A stretch of DNA of 62,679 bases, filler included, from Globobulimina sp. (Eukaryota): the NCBI GenBank assembly GCA_003354225.1. It is 45 parts of 45 records of this genome, joined end to end, with 100 filler letters (N's around TTAATTAATTAA, not from the genome) between each part and the next. Parts side by side here need not be neighbours in the genome. Positions count along the whole stretch, not along the records: positions 36,288 to 37,582 come from PIVH01019226.1; positions 37,683 to 38,977 come from PIVH01019227.1; positions 39,078 to 40,372 come from PIVH01019228.1; positions 40,473 to 41,767 come from PIVH01019229.1; positions 41,868 to 43,162 come from PIVH01019230.1; positions 43,263 to 44,557 come from PIVH01019231.1; positions 44,658 to 45,951 come from PIVH01019232.1; positions 46,052 to 47,345 come from PIVH01019233.1; 37 more parts are not named here. One strand, 5' to 3'. Numbering within the stretch: the stretch's first letter is position 1; every line of letters starts with the position of its first letter. Below are positions 36,288 through 48,839 of this stretch, piece after piece. Made by a program: the position numbers and the translations under genes. The notes beneath the pieces were generated by a model. That model worked only from the letters and a program-made list of their open reading frames with translations, had not been told where the DNA came from and did not search any database.

Positions 36288-37582
36288 TTATAAGTTGTAA
36301 TATTGCAAAAGAAGAATCATGCAGTTCTATGATAGTCGATGCAAGCAAATCATCATTATTAACCATTCGAAATTGCGAGAATGATAATTCTGACGCGTGT
36401 AATAACATAACAGTGCATTGTCCAACAACAACAACCATTCGTTCCATTGCATGCACAGTCGATTCATGCCAAGATATCTGTCATAAACCTACAAACCCAG
36501 GTAATTGTATACCAAACCTTAACCACAACAAATATACTCCAATCATAGATTCCGTAACAGCGTCGTCATGGTCATGGGGATTATTAACAAACTTAAATAC
36601 ATTGTATTTCGTCATAGGAGTCTTAATATTGACAATATGCCTTTGTTGTTGTATCATATTGTTTTATATTCAAATGTCATTATCATACAATAAAACCGTA
36701 TTAAACTATCAAATGAATGCTCGCATATCAAAACTAAGAAGCATTTCAAATTCAGCAATAAACTTTGGCAAAGAAAATAGAGCCGAAATAAATGTGATTG
36801 CACTGAAATCTGCACACGCACAAAAATCAGGATCGAATAATGCCTATTCCCATAACAGTGACAATGATGTATTAAAAAAAACAAGTGATAATATGATTAA
36901 TCCAAATATAAATACCCACTTTGCTATGTTCCCTCACTTTGCTGTACAGAATAATAACAATTTACAACATGCGCAGATGCACCACATTCAACTGCAAAAA
37001 CAAGCAAACATAGTACATAAAGAGTCGTTAAATACAACGGTATCGGATTTAACCTCTGTGACTGCATCGACTGCAATGTCATCAATACCTGAACCAAAAG
37101 TGTCATTAATTACTGATGACACAGGAAAGACATCAAACGATATGAATACAGCACCAAATGATGAATATACCTCGACTCAGTCAGGTACTTCCAGTTCAAG
37201 TTCAAGTTCAGGTTCATCGTCAAGTTCAAGTTCATATTCAAATGATAGCGATGAAAAAAGTAATGAAATACCAGTTATTTTCTCAAACGATGAACAACAG
37301 ATTGAATATTATAAAATGTTGCAAAATAATCGTAATATAACACATTTACAATTTGCAATCAATTATTTAAAACAAAATGGAAATAAAAACTTTGTTGAAC
37401 GGAATAGAAATGAGACAGTGTTCACGGAGAGTAATGATGGGAACGGTGTGAATTATTACTGTGTAAAAACCAATCATAATACGCAAACATCCGGGATTGT
37501 TAACAGTGTTCTAGGCAATATGTTCGATGTTGATAATGATAATGAAGATTCTCAATTTGATGACGATGCGACAATAATTGAA
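36288..37582 (+). CDS. Single-pass membrane protein fragment (Cys-rich ectodomain, Ser/Asn-rich tail)
   Basis: 433-aa open frame with C....C repeats, TM and poly-Ser. Confidence 0.7.
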
Positions 37583-37971
37583 NNNNNNNNNNNNNNNNNN
37601 NNNNNNNNNNNNNNNNNNNNNNNNNNTTAATTAATTAANNNNNNNNNNNNNNNNNNNNNNNNNNNNNNNNNNNNNNNNNNNNGATAATGGTAATTGGTAT
37701 AATGCAAATGATTCGATTGTACGTGATATGGATAAATCAAGTGTTGTTAATAGAGCAAGTGCGATTATTTTAATGTATAAACAAATAAAAAATGATTATG
37801 AATAATTTTTTTTTAAATTTGACTGTGAAACAAATAATAGATCTAAGAAAGATTAAGCACGCCGTAATTAATTTATTCAGCGTCATAACGTTTTCTAACA
37901 TAGGGATTTTTACTGGGAATAAAAACGCAAAAATCATATAATTTGTACATAATATATAAAAAATCACCAAA

Positions 37972-38977
37972 TTAACTCATGTTATCAGGGTCAGAATTCG
38001 AATCCAGTTTATTCATTGTATTTAACTGAATATGTGTATTCATAGAAAGCGATGCATTGAGTTGGTTTACCTTTAAATCTTTGATTAATGGAACAACCGA
38101 TAGTCCCCACACACTCTTAATTGTTTCCGTCATTGATCCATTTTGCATTTTATCATGAATGGCTGCATAAATAATTGAGGCTTCTGATACATCGACAGAT
38201 TTCAATCTAAATAATAACTGTAAGCCACCATTGATATTCCTTGATCGTAATTGTTCGATTAAAACACAATCAATTTGCAATATTTCCGCAATGTATGCCG
38301 TTATTTTTTTTTGTTGATATTTTAATGTTTTACGACGTTTTAAAATGTGCGATGAAACCGCATCAAATCTAATTATATACCGACAACAATCGGCATCATT
38401 ACGCGTACGCTTAATAAGAGACCGCGTCGTAGAATATTCAAATATACTCAACATGACTGAAAATACACTAAATATTAAGGCCATTATTGTGATTGTGTAG
38501 ACGCCGTCACTCCAAACGGCAAAAATGGTTTGCAACACAATTTGCGGCACATTTTCCATTAAAACTACTGAAAATAAGCGTTTGTTTTGAAATTCTATCA
38601 TTTGATGTTTTTTTAGTCCCATATCGAACAATTTAAATCTAAACAGTGCGGAATTTACAAGTTTAACAGACGCAAAACCTGAGCCAGAAATCATTGTTAT
38701 AATATACAAAATCGTCGAATTATCCTCAATGTACGCACCAATTAACCAGCCATTTTCTGCATCATTCAGCCATTTAGCAATTGATTGTTTTAATTGTACT
38801 AAATTTAATAATAACGGTATCACTAAAAATAAACACGAAGCTATAAATATCCATAACATATTGTCGTCCTTTTGCGAATATACTGTGGCGGCAAAAAATA
38901 TGTCACTAATAAAATCAATGGAATATAAACCAAATATAATGACTGCCGATATGCGAAATAAATCATTTTTATGACAT
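37972..38977 (-). CDS. Multi-pass membrane protein (ENxPQ family), C-terminal part
   Basis: Several TMs; LF.MGL and MENVPQIVLQ motifs. Confidence 0.7.
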
Positions 38978-39401
38978 NNNNNNNNNNNNNNNNNNNNNNN
39001 NNNNNNNNNNNNNNNNNNNNNTTAATTAATTAANNNNNNNNNNNNNNNNNNNNNNNNNNNNNNNNNNNNNNNNNNNNTGGTAATAAAATGTTTGTTCGTG
39101 TTCCCACAGAACATATAAATTAATTAATTTAAGAGAAAATAAATAAAAAATCTAAAAAAAAAAACTATTATCATATAAACACAATGCAGCAAAACACAAC
39201 AAAAAAAAATAAAATACATAAAACAATGATAAGTTAAAAATTAATACGTGAGAGAGAGTAATAAATAAATAAATAAATGATACAAAATATCATCTAAGAA
39301 TCTAACAGCAAAAAACACAAATAAACCGAAAGCAATCGAAGCACAAAAAAGTTTAAATAAAATAAAATAAATAAAATTACTAATTACGTTACTAAAATTA
39401 T

Positions 39402-40372
39402 TTATCGATCATTTAGCGTGAAATTGCTAAATGTGTTTGGATAGGTTGCCGGAGAACTTTTGGGCACAAAATTGGGAGTCATAAATCTATTCGTCCTTTG
39501 TGATGGTTTGGGCTTTAAAGAAAAATGAGTGTGTTGCGATGGCGTAAAATTGACAGATCTCCGTTTCTGTGGCACATATCTTTGATTTTCTCGTTTGTAG
39601 ATCACATGACTACTTTTATTGACTTGCGGTGTCTTTGGATATAAACTGTTTTTTGTTGGGAAAGAGTTGGAATTGGAGTTAGTTTTTCTGTTTTTCCCAG
39701 TTCGATCTTTCAACAGCGTTCTATTGATGGAATAGGACGATTTTGTGGAGATTGAGCCCGATCGATGTTTTCTCGAATTTTGTGCAGAAAATGATTGAGA
39801 ATGTCCCCTACTAAAATAAGATGGAATTTGTGTATTTTGTCTGTTAGTCGTGAATGTGGGCTTACTTTTATATTTTTTCACTGGCGAATGTGCAGTATTT
39901 TCCTCATTATTATTGTTACTACGCTGCGGATACACCGTATTGGCAGATTTCGTGTATGTAATTCTGCGCTTTGGTAATCGTGCTACTTTTTTATTTACTA
40001 AATTACCTATCGACATATCGGAGTTATCATCGTCATCCTCAACGTAATGCATTCCATGATGATTGGCAAAAGAAATTCGTTTTTTATTCTGATTATTATT
40101 ACTCAGCGGCGTCACGGCCGGCGATACAGATGGGATTTGTTCTAATTTTAAGGTGGAGCTATCACTCTTTTTCAACAACATTCCTTCCGACTGTCCAATC
40201 TTTGTATAATTGAGAAATTTATTACTTTTCAATTTTTTAATAGGTGTTGGAGTATCCGTTCGTTTGTGATTCGATGTGGTTGGACTCATTGAATGAATGG
40301 GACCGGGACTGCTGGGAAATTTTCTTTGTTTATGAATCTGTATGTTATCATAAGATTTGCCAATATGTTTCC
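39402..40372 (-). CDS. Low-complexity basic Ser/Lys/Asn-rich C-terminal fragment
   Basis: Open frame of about 300 codons in AT-rich DNA. Confidence 0.6.
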
Positions 40373-40472
40373 NNNNNNNNNNNNNNNNNNNNNNNNNNNN
40401 NNNNNNNNNNNNNNNNTTAATTAATTAANNNNNNNNNNNNNNNNNNNNNNNNNNNNNNNNNNNNNNNNNNNN

Positions 40473-40775
40473 GCCATATATTTGAGGCAAATGAGTTGTT
40501 AATAAATCTATTATGTCTATGTTTTCCTTGTTGAGAATTGCATTCCGACACTTAGGTAATTTTAATGGATTTCCAACCATCAGTTTGTCTGTCGGCAGCA
40601 TTGTGTAGTTGACAATGGTGTCATTGCGGGGTATGTTTATATGCAATGCGGTGATTAGCGGTGTTGGATTTGATTTCAATTTGAAAACAATGGATAAGTT
40701 AAACATAATAAGAAAACTGATTATCATTGTAATCACACATATAATCACAAACACGTTCAATGATTTGGTTGCCAT
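40473..40775 (-). CDS. Type II membrane protein (glycosyltransferase-like topology), 3'-truncated
   Basis: MATKSLNVFVIICVITMIISFLIMF N-terminal anchor followed by a stem region. Confidence 0.5.
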
Positions 40776-40853
40776 TATGTAAAGTTTAAAAATTTCTTTT
40801 ACCACAAAAAAAAGATTTAACTTCTGCTTCGTTTACAAAAAATCAATAACCAT

Positions 40854-41767
40854 TTGTCTGTATTTAACAACGCATTGATTAGAACTGATGCAAGAAGTGG
40901 AGACAAAGGAAAACCGAAAATAGTGCTTGGCGCATTAGAATTTGGAAGAAGATTAAATTTTGACGAATCCAGTGAAATAACAAACTCGTTTCTACAAACT
41001 CATCACAATGAAATAGATGTGGCATATATGTATCAAGGAGGAACTAGTGAAACCTGGTTAGGTGACATGGTCAATGCAGGGATTATCACCACATCCAATG
41101 CGTCCATATCATCCAAAGTGTATCCAAAACATGAGTTCGGTTTCACAGAGCGCGGCATTCGTACTCAGGTTGAAACGTCATTGACGAGATTGCATTTAAA
41201 ATCACTCGACATTTTATACCTCCATTGGCCAGATTATGATTCAGATTTAAATGAAACACTCCGAACTATAAATTCGTTATATAATGAGGGTAAATTTAAA
41301 AGATTCGGTCTCTCCAATTACAGTGCCTGGGAAGTTGCAGACATTGTACATTTATGCCAAGCAAATAAGTATTTATTACCCAGTGTGTACCAGGGAATGT
41401 ACAATGCGATAACTCGGAGTGTCGAGGATGAATTATTTGCCTGTTTGCGCAAATTTGGACTGTCGTTCTATGCATACAACCCATTGGCAGGCGGCTTATT
41501 GTCTGGGAAACACAAATATCAACAAATTGAGGATGGTTCGATTGAAAAAGATGGCAGATTCAGCGGTGACACTGGATGGGCCAAAACGTATAAAGAACGG
41601 TTTTGGCAAAAATCAAAGTTTGCGGGCATTGCGTTGGTGAAAGAAGCGTTGGGCGAAGCGTATGGACATAATGCTGATGGCATGTTGTCGGTGAATATGG
41701 TGGATGCGAGTTTGCGATGGTTAATGCGACATAGTTTGTTGAGTGAAGGTGATGCTGTGTTAATGGG
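40854..41767 (+). CDS. AKR7: Aldo-keto reductase, AKR7 (aflatoxin aldehyde reductase) family, 3'-truncated
   Basis: LG..EFG, EIDVAYMY..G.SE, DILYLHWPD, GLSNYSAWEV, PSVYQGMYNAITR, FYAYNPLAGGLL, LRWL..HS.L. Confidence 0.9.
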
Positions 41768-42649
41768 NNNNNNNNNNNNNNNNNNNNNNNNNNNNNNNNN
41801 NNNNNNNNNNNTTAATTAATTAANNNNNNNNNNNNNNNNNNNNNNNNNNNNNNNNNNNNNNNNNNNNATGTTCGGAATAGGATGACTAGCTCACTTCAAG
41901 AAAATGCGGATATGAAAGTGAGATTTAATGTAAATCTCATTTATTGGTTTATATTATTCGTAATTAAAATAATGTTAAATTTAGGATATAATCATTATAA
42001 ATTAGAAACAAATGCAAAATAAATTTACAAATGCAAATGACGTATAATATGATGTTTGTTGCACATTTCAGCCATGGTATGGTCCACACATATAAACAAA
42101 ATAAGATTTCGTTGTTCTAGCGTAAAATTGATATATTGATTTCTGTAATTTTTTGGTTCGATATCGGTACTTGTAAAAGTGTTCGGAAATAAATCTAAAA
42201 ACGAACAGATAAACGTTGTCATATTATGTTATACCGGTTAATTGGTTATAATTATAAATTAGTTACCATACGCGGCAAGAATTAGGGTATCATAATGTAT
42301 AAAGCCGGTTCTCTGTGCGTTTTAACTTTTATATATCGCTATATAGCTCATTTTGTATGGTTTATCAAGCAATTTATTTTGAGATATATTGCATATTCTG
42401 CGCTTGTAGAGTTCTTGAGATATGTTGTGGACATAATATAATCTCTGACGTGACATGTTGATTTTGTTGGTGTGAAAATAAGTTGTTTTTTTCAATTTTT
42501 TTGGTACTTCGTTCATTGCAACTTCGCGAGAGCATGTCATACAAAATGCTGTCCACAATGTCATTATATGTTTATATATTTCTAACATGTACGTATGAAC
42601 ATAATATATGTTTATGTAATGCATGATTGAATCAATATTCACCTCTACA

Positions 42650-43162
42650 CAGCACCCACCATAGCATCCGATTATTCCGTGGGAGCTGACGGCCACAATC
42701 TCAGATGCATTGATGATGGAACTGGTGTATGCAACATACACTGCGACACCCCATCCGCTGGCTATATGGGCGCGTTTGATTGTGGCAATGTACCAGAATG
42801 TTACTTTTATTGTGAGCAGGCAAACTGTGCCGAATATGCTCGCATCATTGCTACCACCACCAGTAACCTCCACGTTGTCGCAGATGGCAATCTATGCATG
42901 AAAAATGCCATCATAAATGCCCCAAATAACGGAAACGCTACACTTGAAATGGTGGGTAATTCGCAACAAGCTTTCCTAAATATGCAGGTAACTGCTGGCA
43001 CAAATACACAAAATATAATTATTGATATCAACTCAAATAATGTTTTCGGGGATGATTGTAAAGGGATGATTGTAAGTTAATTAATTCCTTTATAGCCTAT
43101 TTGGTATACGATTTTAATGATATGTGTATGAAAAATAATTAGGTTCGCGCCCAGAGAGCAGA
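42650..43162 (+). CDS. Cys-rich secreted/surface protein fragment
   Basis: ORF 42679 with repeated C...C units; GT-AG intron near 43073-43142. Confidence 0.55.
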
Positions 43163-43262
43163 NNNNNNNNNNNNNNNNNNNNNNNNNNNNNNNNNNNNNN
43201 NNNNNNTTAATTAATTAANNNNNNNNNNNNNNNNNNNNNNNNNNNNNNNNNNNNNNNNNNNN

Positions 43263-43470
43263 AGTGTGAAGATCCCACAATATGTAACAATTCAGTGTGA
43301 AGATCCCACAATATGTAACAATTCAGTGTGAAGATCCCACAATATGTAACATGAAGATCCCACAATATGTAACAATTCAGTGTGAAGATCCCACAATATG
43401 TAACAATTCAGTGTGAAGATCCCACAATATGTAACAATTAAGTGTTAAGATTCCACAAAATGTAACAATT
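43263..43470. repeat. 31-bp minisatellite, about 7 copies
   Basis: Unit AGTGTGAAGATCCCACAATATGTAACAATTC head to tail, one truncated and one diverged copy. Confidence 0.95.
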
Positions 43471-43848
43471 ATATGATTTTTTTCTGTATTCATTAGTGTT
43501 CCTGATAAGATGTACGCCGTGACAGTTTTCTCAGCAACTGCATGCATGAAAATATTGACTAAATGTCTGAAAATACTTAGAAGATATTTTGGTTCACTGT
43601 AAATTTGACTCAAAAAGTACTAACTAAAGTATAACTTGTCATAAAGCAGACTCAGTCAATTTAATAGACTCTTAACGTATATTTTGTACTTAACTGTAAT
43701 ATATAATGTTGATTAAAATAACTAAGAGCTGATTAAAAAAACATATAATGTTGATTCAATTGAAAAAATATCAAGTAATTTTCAACCATTTTTAGGTGGA
43801 CAAAAGAGACGTAGATTAAATAATAATAATAATGATGATGTAGAGATT

Positions 43849-44035
43849 TTGAATGGTGTACAACATATTATTCCGGATTCTGCTACAGTCATTGGGTGGA
43901 TCTCTGGTGAATACAAGGTACATGACCGTTTTATGCAAGACATTATTGATGATATACATTGGAATGCGGGATTTGGTGTTTGCTTTCAGTGGGTGCGTGC
44001 ACATCAAGGTACATTAGGCAATGAATTAGCAGTCA
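43849..44035 (+). pseudogene. RNase HI fragment (retrotransposon-type relic)
   Basis: I.DS..V..WI.G.YK and FQWVRAHQGTLGNELA. Confidence 0.75.
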
Positions 44036-44250
44036 TGATTGGTTTAATTGTGTTACCTCGGTTCATTACTTATTCAAGGCCCTGCTGTTGTTTTTGTATA
44101 CTTTCTATTATATGGTAATATTGCATTTGTACGTTTTATTGTGATACATTTCATCCCGTTAATATTAATATTCTATATCTTCATATGAGTTGGTATTGGG
44201 CTACGCTATCTATATTTTGGGTATTTCTGTCCTTTTGTTGATTTTGGCAT

Positions 44251-44427
44251 TCTTGAAATTAAGCATTTGACATCATGACTGTCCATGATGTCAGTGGTAA
44301 ATGTCTTGAAATTAAACAATTGACATCATGACTGTCCATGATGTCAGTGGTGAATATCTTGCAATTAATCCTTTGACATCATGACTGTCCATGATGTCAG
44401 TGGTAAATGTCTTGAAATTAAACATTT
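44251..44427. repeat. Three 53-bp tandem units, each with an invariant hairpin
   Basis: TGACATCATG-ACTGTC-CATGATGTCA starts at 44268, 44321 and 44374. Confidence 0.92.
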
Positions 44428-44469
44428 GTGTGTGGTAAATGTCTTGAATGCAGCATGTATATCTCCGTA

Positions 44470-44557
44470 CGACCGCTTATATTCAGTGCCATATGGCGTA
44501 TTTTATTCGGTGCCATATGCGGTATTTTATGCCGTATTTTATGGCATATTTTATCCT
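44470..44557. repeat. Degenerate 12-bp tandem repeat (TATGCCGTATTT-like)
   Basis: Repeated TATG.CG.ATTT and TTC.GTGCCATATG units. Confidence 0.7.
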
Positions 44558-44657
44558 NNNNNNNNNNNNNNNNNNNNNNNNNNNNNNNNNNNNNNNNNNN
44601 NTTAATTAATTAANNNNNNNNNNNNNNNNNNNNNNNNNNNNNNNNNNNNNNNNNNNN

Positions 44658-45951
44658 TCCGCCACTTCTTCAATGCCAATGCCATTCTTTATTACACGTA
44701 AACTGCCATCCCTTCCCACACCGGAACAGGTCACCTAAACATTTGATATTTGTGTGCTGTGCGAGGATATAATTAATTAGATGCAACGTAACAAGTTGGC
44801 ATTGGCCCTGCCGTTCGAGGTCCACAGTGACTAAATCCACAATGGGTCCTAAATTGGTAAACTCTTCCAATATCTCCACATATCCATCATCGACATCGGA
44901 CATTTTATTATCAGTGTCAGTATGCATTGTGATATCATCGTCTTCGTCCTCTTCTTCCCCGAGCTCATGTTCTGCCTCTTCTTGCTCTCGTTTTTTCCTC
45001 CAATTCTTATCCGAATGTATCTCAATAAACTGGCTATCCCCAACCGTCGAGCCGACGAAGGTTAATCCAGAACAAATGTATGAGATCGTGGACGGCGATA
45101 CAATCTCTCCCAATCTCTCAAAGTTTAAGCTTTTCACTTCAAACTTCTCGTTGTGTCGCAACACCAATATATTCAATGAACGGTTCAAACCATCCCCTTA
45201 TAACACAATCAGTCAAGACACAGAGTGCAAGGATATAATGTATGCCATATATATCATACCAATGAGCCATCGCGTACCATCCACAATGGTGTTTGGGTCA
45301 TAATCCTCATCCTCCATCTCCTCGCTGCGATGCATGCCATTCTTCCTGTTATGTACAATGACATCATAGCAACACAAATCGCCGTCAGGCACCTGTACTC
45401 TTTGACAATTATCGCGGTTCCTATATGCGATGGAATACTGTCCCACAAATAGCACACCGTACAAAGGCGCTTGTACTGCTATTAATTTATTGCAGCCCTC
45501 TTCCACCATCAAGGTGTCCCAGGGACCATCGTCTAACTCAATCATGGACTTATTTAAATAGTACGTCTTTATATGTCTCCCTTTGCGATAATCCTGGTAC
45601 AATACGCATAATAACAACCGCTCCGACAAAACACTGGGATCCGAGGCTTTTTTCTCTTCGTTCTCATCGTAATCGTTGTCCATAGACTTGGCCTCTGCGG
45701 CTATTGACGATAAGGAGGATGAGGAGGATTTCTTTCGTTTTCGCGCCTTTAATTTATGCAATTTCTCGTTCATTTTGGTGGTGGTTGTGTTCAGTTTGTC
45801 GTTCATTTTCGTCAATTTGGACTTTAGAACACGTGTCGCTTTCGATTTTGTGGATGTTATCAACGGCGCGGATAAATCATTAATGTTTGTGTCGTTTTGG
45901 GTGTCGTCCACAGCGTTGATATTCATACTAATGTCGTCATCATCGAAAATG
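44658..45951 (-). CDS. DDB1: DNA damage-binding protein 1, internal fragment, introns 44735..44792 and 45197..45259
   Basis: VLYQD...RHIKTY, LIAV.APLYGVL, TFVGSTVGDSQ, FTNLGPIVD..VDLERQGQCQL|VTCSG..KDGSLRVIRNGIGI. Confidence 0.93.
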
Positions 45952-46051
45952 NNNNNNNNNNNNNNNNNNNNNNNNNNNNNNNNNNNNNNNNNNNNTTAAT
46001 TAATTAANNNNNNNNNNNNNNNNNNNNNNNNNNNNNNNNNNNNNNNNNNNN

Positions 46052-46170
46052 TATTTCTAACACAAGAATATTTGGATTCTGTTCCATCCATTCGTTGGCT
46101 TGTTTGACAGCGCCAAATCCATAATCACTTTCTGATTCAAATGATATTATTCTTGTTATTTTGCCTGATG
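46052..46170. repeat. 119-bp terminal direct repeat, identical to 47227..47345
   Basis: The contig starts and ends with the same 119 nt (TATTTCTAACACAAG...GCCTGATG). Confidence 0.95.
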
Positions 46171-46579
46171 ACTAGTTTAAAGGAGCTTAGTGGTCGCATG
46201 TCTAGGCATCCTTAATTGCAATATCATGGTACCTAGGTCCTAGGTCTCAATTTATATTGCGCAATATAAGAACAACCCCTTGTTGGAAATGATAAAAAAG
46301 AATTTCCTGTGATACGACCAATAATATTACATTATACTAAGTAATGCACCACGGAATCGATAATCACACTTCAAAACTTAAGAAGAATAATTATTGTTTG
46401 CAATGTCACAAGTAACACAACATACAATTAACTGCACACATTCATTCTACAAATATATTCGCATCACAATTCCTAGAAACGCATATTAAATATGTACAAA
46501 ATACACAGATAAGAAATCGGAACAAACAATCTATAAATAATGAGAAAGTACCATAATTGTAAATTGTTTCACAAAACTA

Positions 46580-47050
46580 CTATATGCATTTTCTGTAAAC
46601 AATACATGGCCCTTCTTCATCATACTCATCTTTGGTAATCCACATAGCCTCAAAAGTAGATAGCGATGACAATATTGAGCCACCTATCCACGATGATAAC
46701 TTCCTGGCATTCAAGCATTCATTTAATATCACATCACAATTTTTTAATGTCGACGGATCATTGAACGTTTTCCAAATTAAATTACCAATATCACTGTAAA
46801 TATACTGAGGAACCTCAATTCGCATATACCCGTTTACCAAATCATAATGTTTCTGTGAATCATTATAAATTCCGATATCACAAATTTTACCCACTGTCAA
46901 ACCTCTTAATTCCTTCAGTAATCGATCATCAATGCCTGGAATCACCGTATTACCACCACATAACACAATATTTTTGAACAAATCCTCAATTAAATCAACA
47001 TCACATTTCATGATAGAATCATATATCATTCCATGAATGCCTTTCGTTTC
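46580..47050 (-). CDS. Actin-related protein, C-terminal third only, with a ~45-aa insertion
   Basis: [71 protein letters not shown]. Confidence 0.85.
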   Translation of the reverse strand, partial: ETKGIHGMIYDSIMKCDVDLIEDLFKNIVLCGGNTVIPGIDDRLLKELRGLTVGKICDIGIYNDSQKHYDLVNGYMRIEVPQYIYSDIGNLIWKTFNDPSTLKNCDVILNECLNARKLSSWIGGSILSSLSTFEAMWITKDEYDEEGPCIVYRKCI

Positions 47051-47519
47051 TGCAATTTGCAGTGCATTGAAAACCACTCTAGCTAACCCAAAAACCTTGC
47101 CAATCACAAAAGAAGTGTTTAGAAGTTTAAGCCTAAAAAGTCAAGTGATAACAACATCATTTATTGAGTTGTGTATATCACATTGACCCAAACATAAAAT
47201 TTTACAACAGGATGAACAAAATGTTTTATTTCTAACACAAGAATATTTGGATTCTGTTCCATCCATTCGTTGGCTTGTTTGACAGCGCCAAATCCATAAT
47301 CACTTTCTGATTCAAATGATATTATTCTTGTTATTTTGCCTGATGNNNNNNNNNNNNNNNNNNNNNNNNNNNNNNNNNNNNNNNNNNNNTTAATTAATTA
47401 ANNNNNNNNNNNNNNNNNNNNNNNNNNNNNNNNNNNNNNNNNNNNTCTATTTCTTTCAATAAATATAGCTGGGATTTCTGGAGCTTTAGTTTTACTATGT
47501 TTTTCACCAAGTTTAGAGT

Positions 47520-48119
47520 TTGCAACATTTAAAGTTTGTACAACAATTTCAATGGACACTCAAAAATAGCGCTTATACAAAATTTAAAAACATGAAACCA
47601 GGAAAATCTATTTCTTCCAAGCAATTTAATTATATTATTAATGGAAACGATAAAATTAAATTCCATTTAGAATGCCGTTCAAAATATTCCTATGACGATG
47701 CCCCAAAATGTGCATTATTTTTACATTTAAATGAATTGCCATCTCATGTTCAAAGAATACGAGTCGAATACCATGTGATATGTGATAAAAAAAGAAAATA
47801 TAAAAATATAATGCCCGCGCAGTGGTTATCTGAAAATAAAAAATATTGCGGATTTCAAACGTTTCCGTCCGAGAAATTAAATAATAACACATCCGTTTCA
47901 TGGAAAATTGGGTTAAAAGTTGTGGATTTACAATATTACAATTGTGATAACCATAATTTAGTACAATATCGTGAGAATTTTAACATTGACGATGTATTAA
48001 ATGCAGTCGATAATTTCGATAAGTCTTCTATTTTGCAAATGGTAAAAGTATTATTTTCTAACAATGCCAAATTAAGATTGCAAGTATCGAAAAACTGCAA
48101 ATCTCCGATAAATAAATGA
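47520..48119 (+). CDS. MATH/TRAF-like domain protein, C-terminal exon
   Basis: FQWTL...KFK....G..I.S..F, FHLEC, CALFLHL..LP. Confidence 0.5.
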   Translation: MQHLKFVQQFQWTLKNSAYTKFKNMKPGKSISSKQFNYIINGNDKIKFHLECRSKYSYDDAPKCALFLHLNELPSHVQRIRVEYHVICDKKRKYKNIMPAQWLSENKKYCGFQTFPSEKLNNNTSVSWKIGLKVVDLQYYNCDNHNLVQYRENFNIDDVLNAVDNFDKSSILQMVKVLFSNNAKLRLQVSKNCKSPINK

Positions 48120-48839
48120 ATAAAATAAAATAAATTATTCATTGCAATTGCATTTCATTATTTGTTTGACATAGCAATAGATAATGTTGCATGGAATAAA
48201 ATGTATCATATCGTATCATCGTTTTGTTGTATCTCTCTCCTTATTTCTGCAATTTTAAATATATTAAACGTATTTATTTTTCGCATGTACATTTAAAATA
48301 ATTATGGATTGACATTCTGACTCAACGATATATTTTTCTACCCTCCAATGCATTATATAGTGTTGTGTACTGTTGTGTGTTTTATATATATAATGTGTGA
48401 TACCATTTATTTTTTAAGTTGTTCTTTTCGAGCTGTTAGCTCACTTCGCGTCGCCTCGCAAACAGTGCAAGAAAGATATTTACGTTTATTATATATGACA
48501 TAAAAAAAAATAATTAGTTAATGACATTTACGTTTATCATCATTAAATAATGATTTATAAAATATTTCAAATTTGGTATCCTGGCATTTGGATTTACATT
48601 TTGCATATTTATCCTCAAAATCTCTATTTTTTTCCCCAGTGAATGCAAGTTCAATTTTCTCCTTTTCTCTCTTTACAAAGAATACTGGCAAGAAATATTT
48701 AATATCCTCCACAAAAAACCTTGTCCCCCATCCATTATTNNNNNNNNNNNNNNNNNNNNNNNNNNNNNNNNNNNNNNNNNNNNTTAATTAATTAANNNNN
48801 NNNNNNNNNNNNNNNNNNNNNNNNNNNNNNNNNNNNNNN

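Noticed and set aside
43263-43470. 31-bp repeats as a CRISPR array
   Set aside because: The units are head to tail with no unique spacers, and no cas genes are present
44251-44427. Palindromic repeats with variable linkers as a mini-CRISPR
   Set aside because: The ~22-nt linkers are variants of one another, so this is a tandem repeat
48430-48470. GC-rich CTGTT..GCTCACTTCGCGTCGCCTCGC..AACAG hairpin as a Helitron or REP end
   Set aside because: Single short occurrence with no partner terminus in the window
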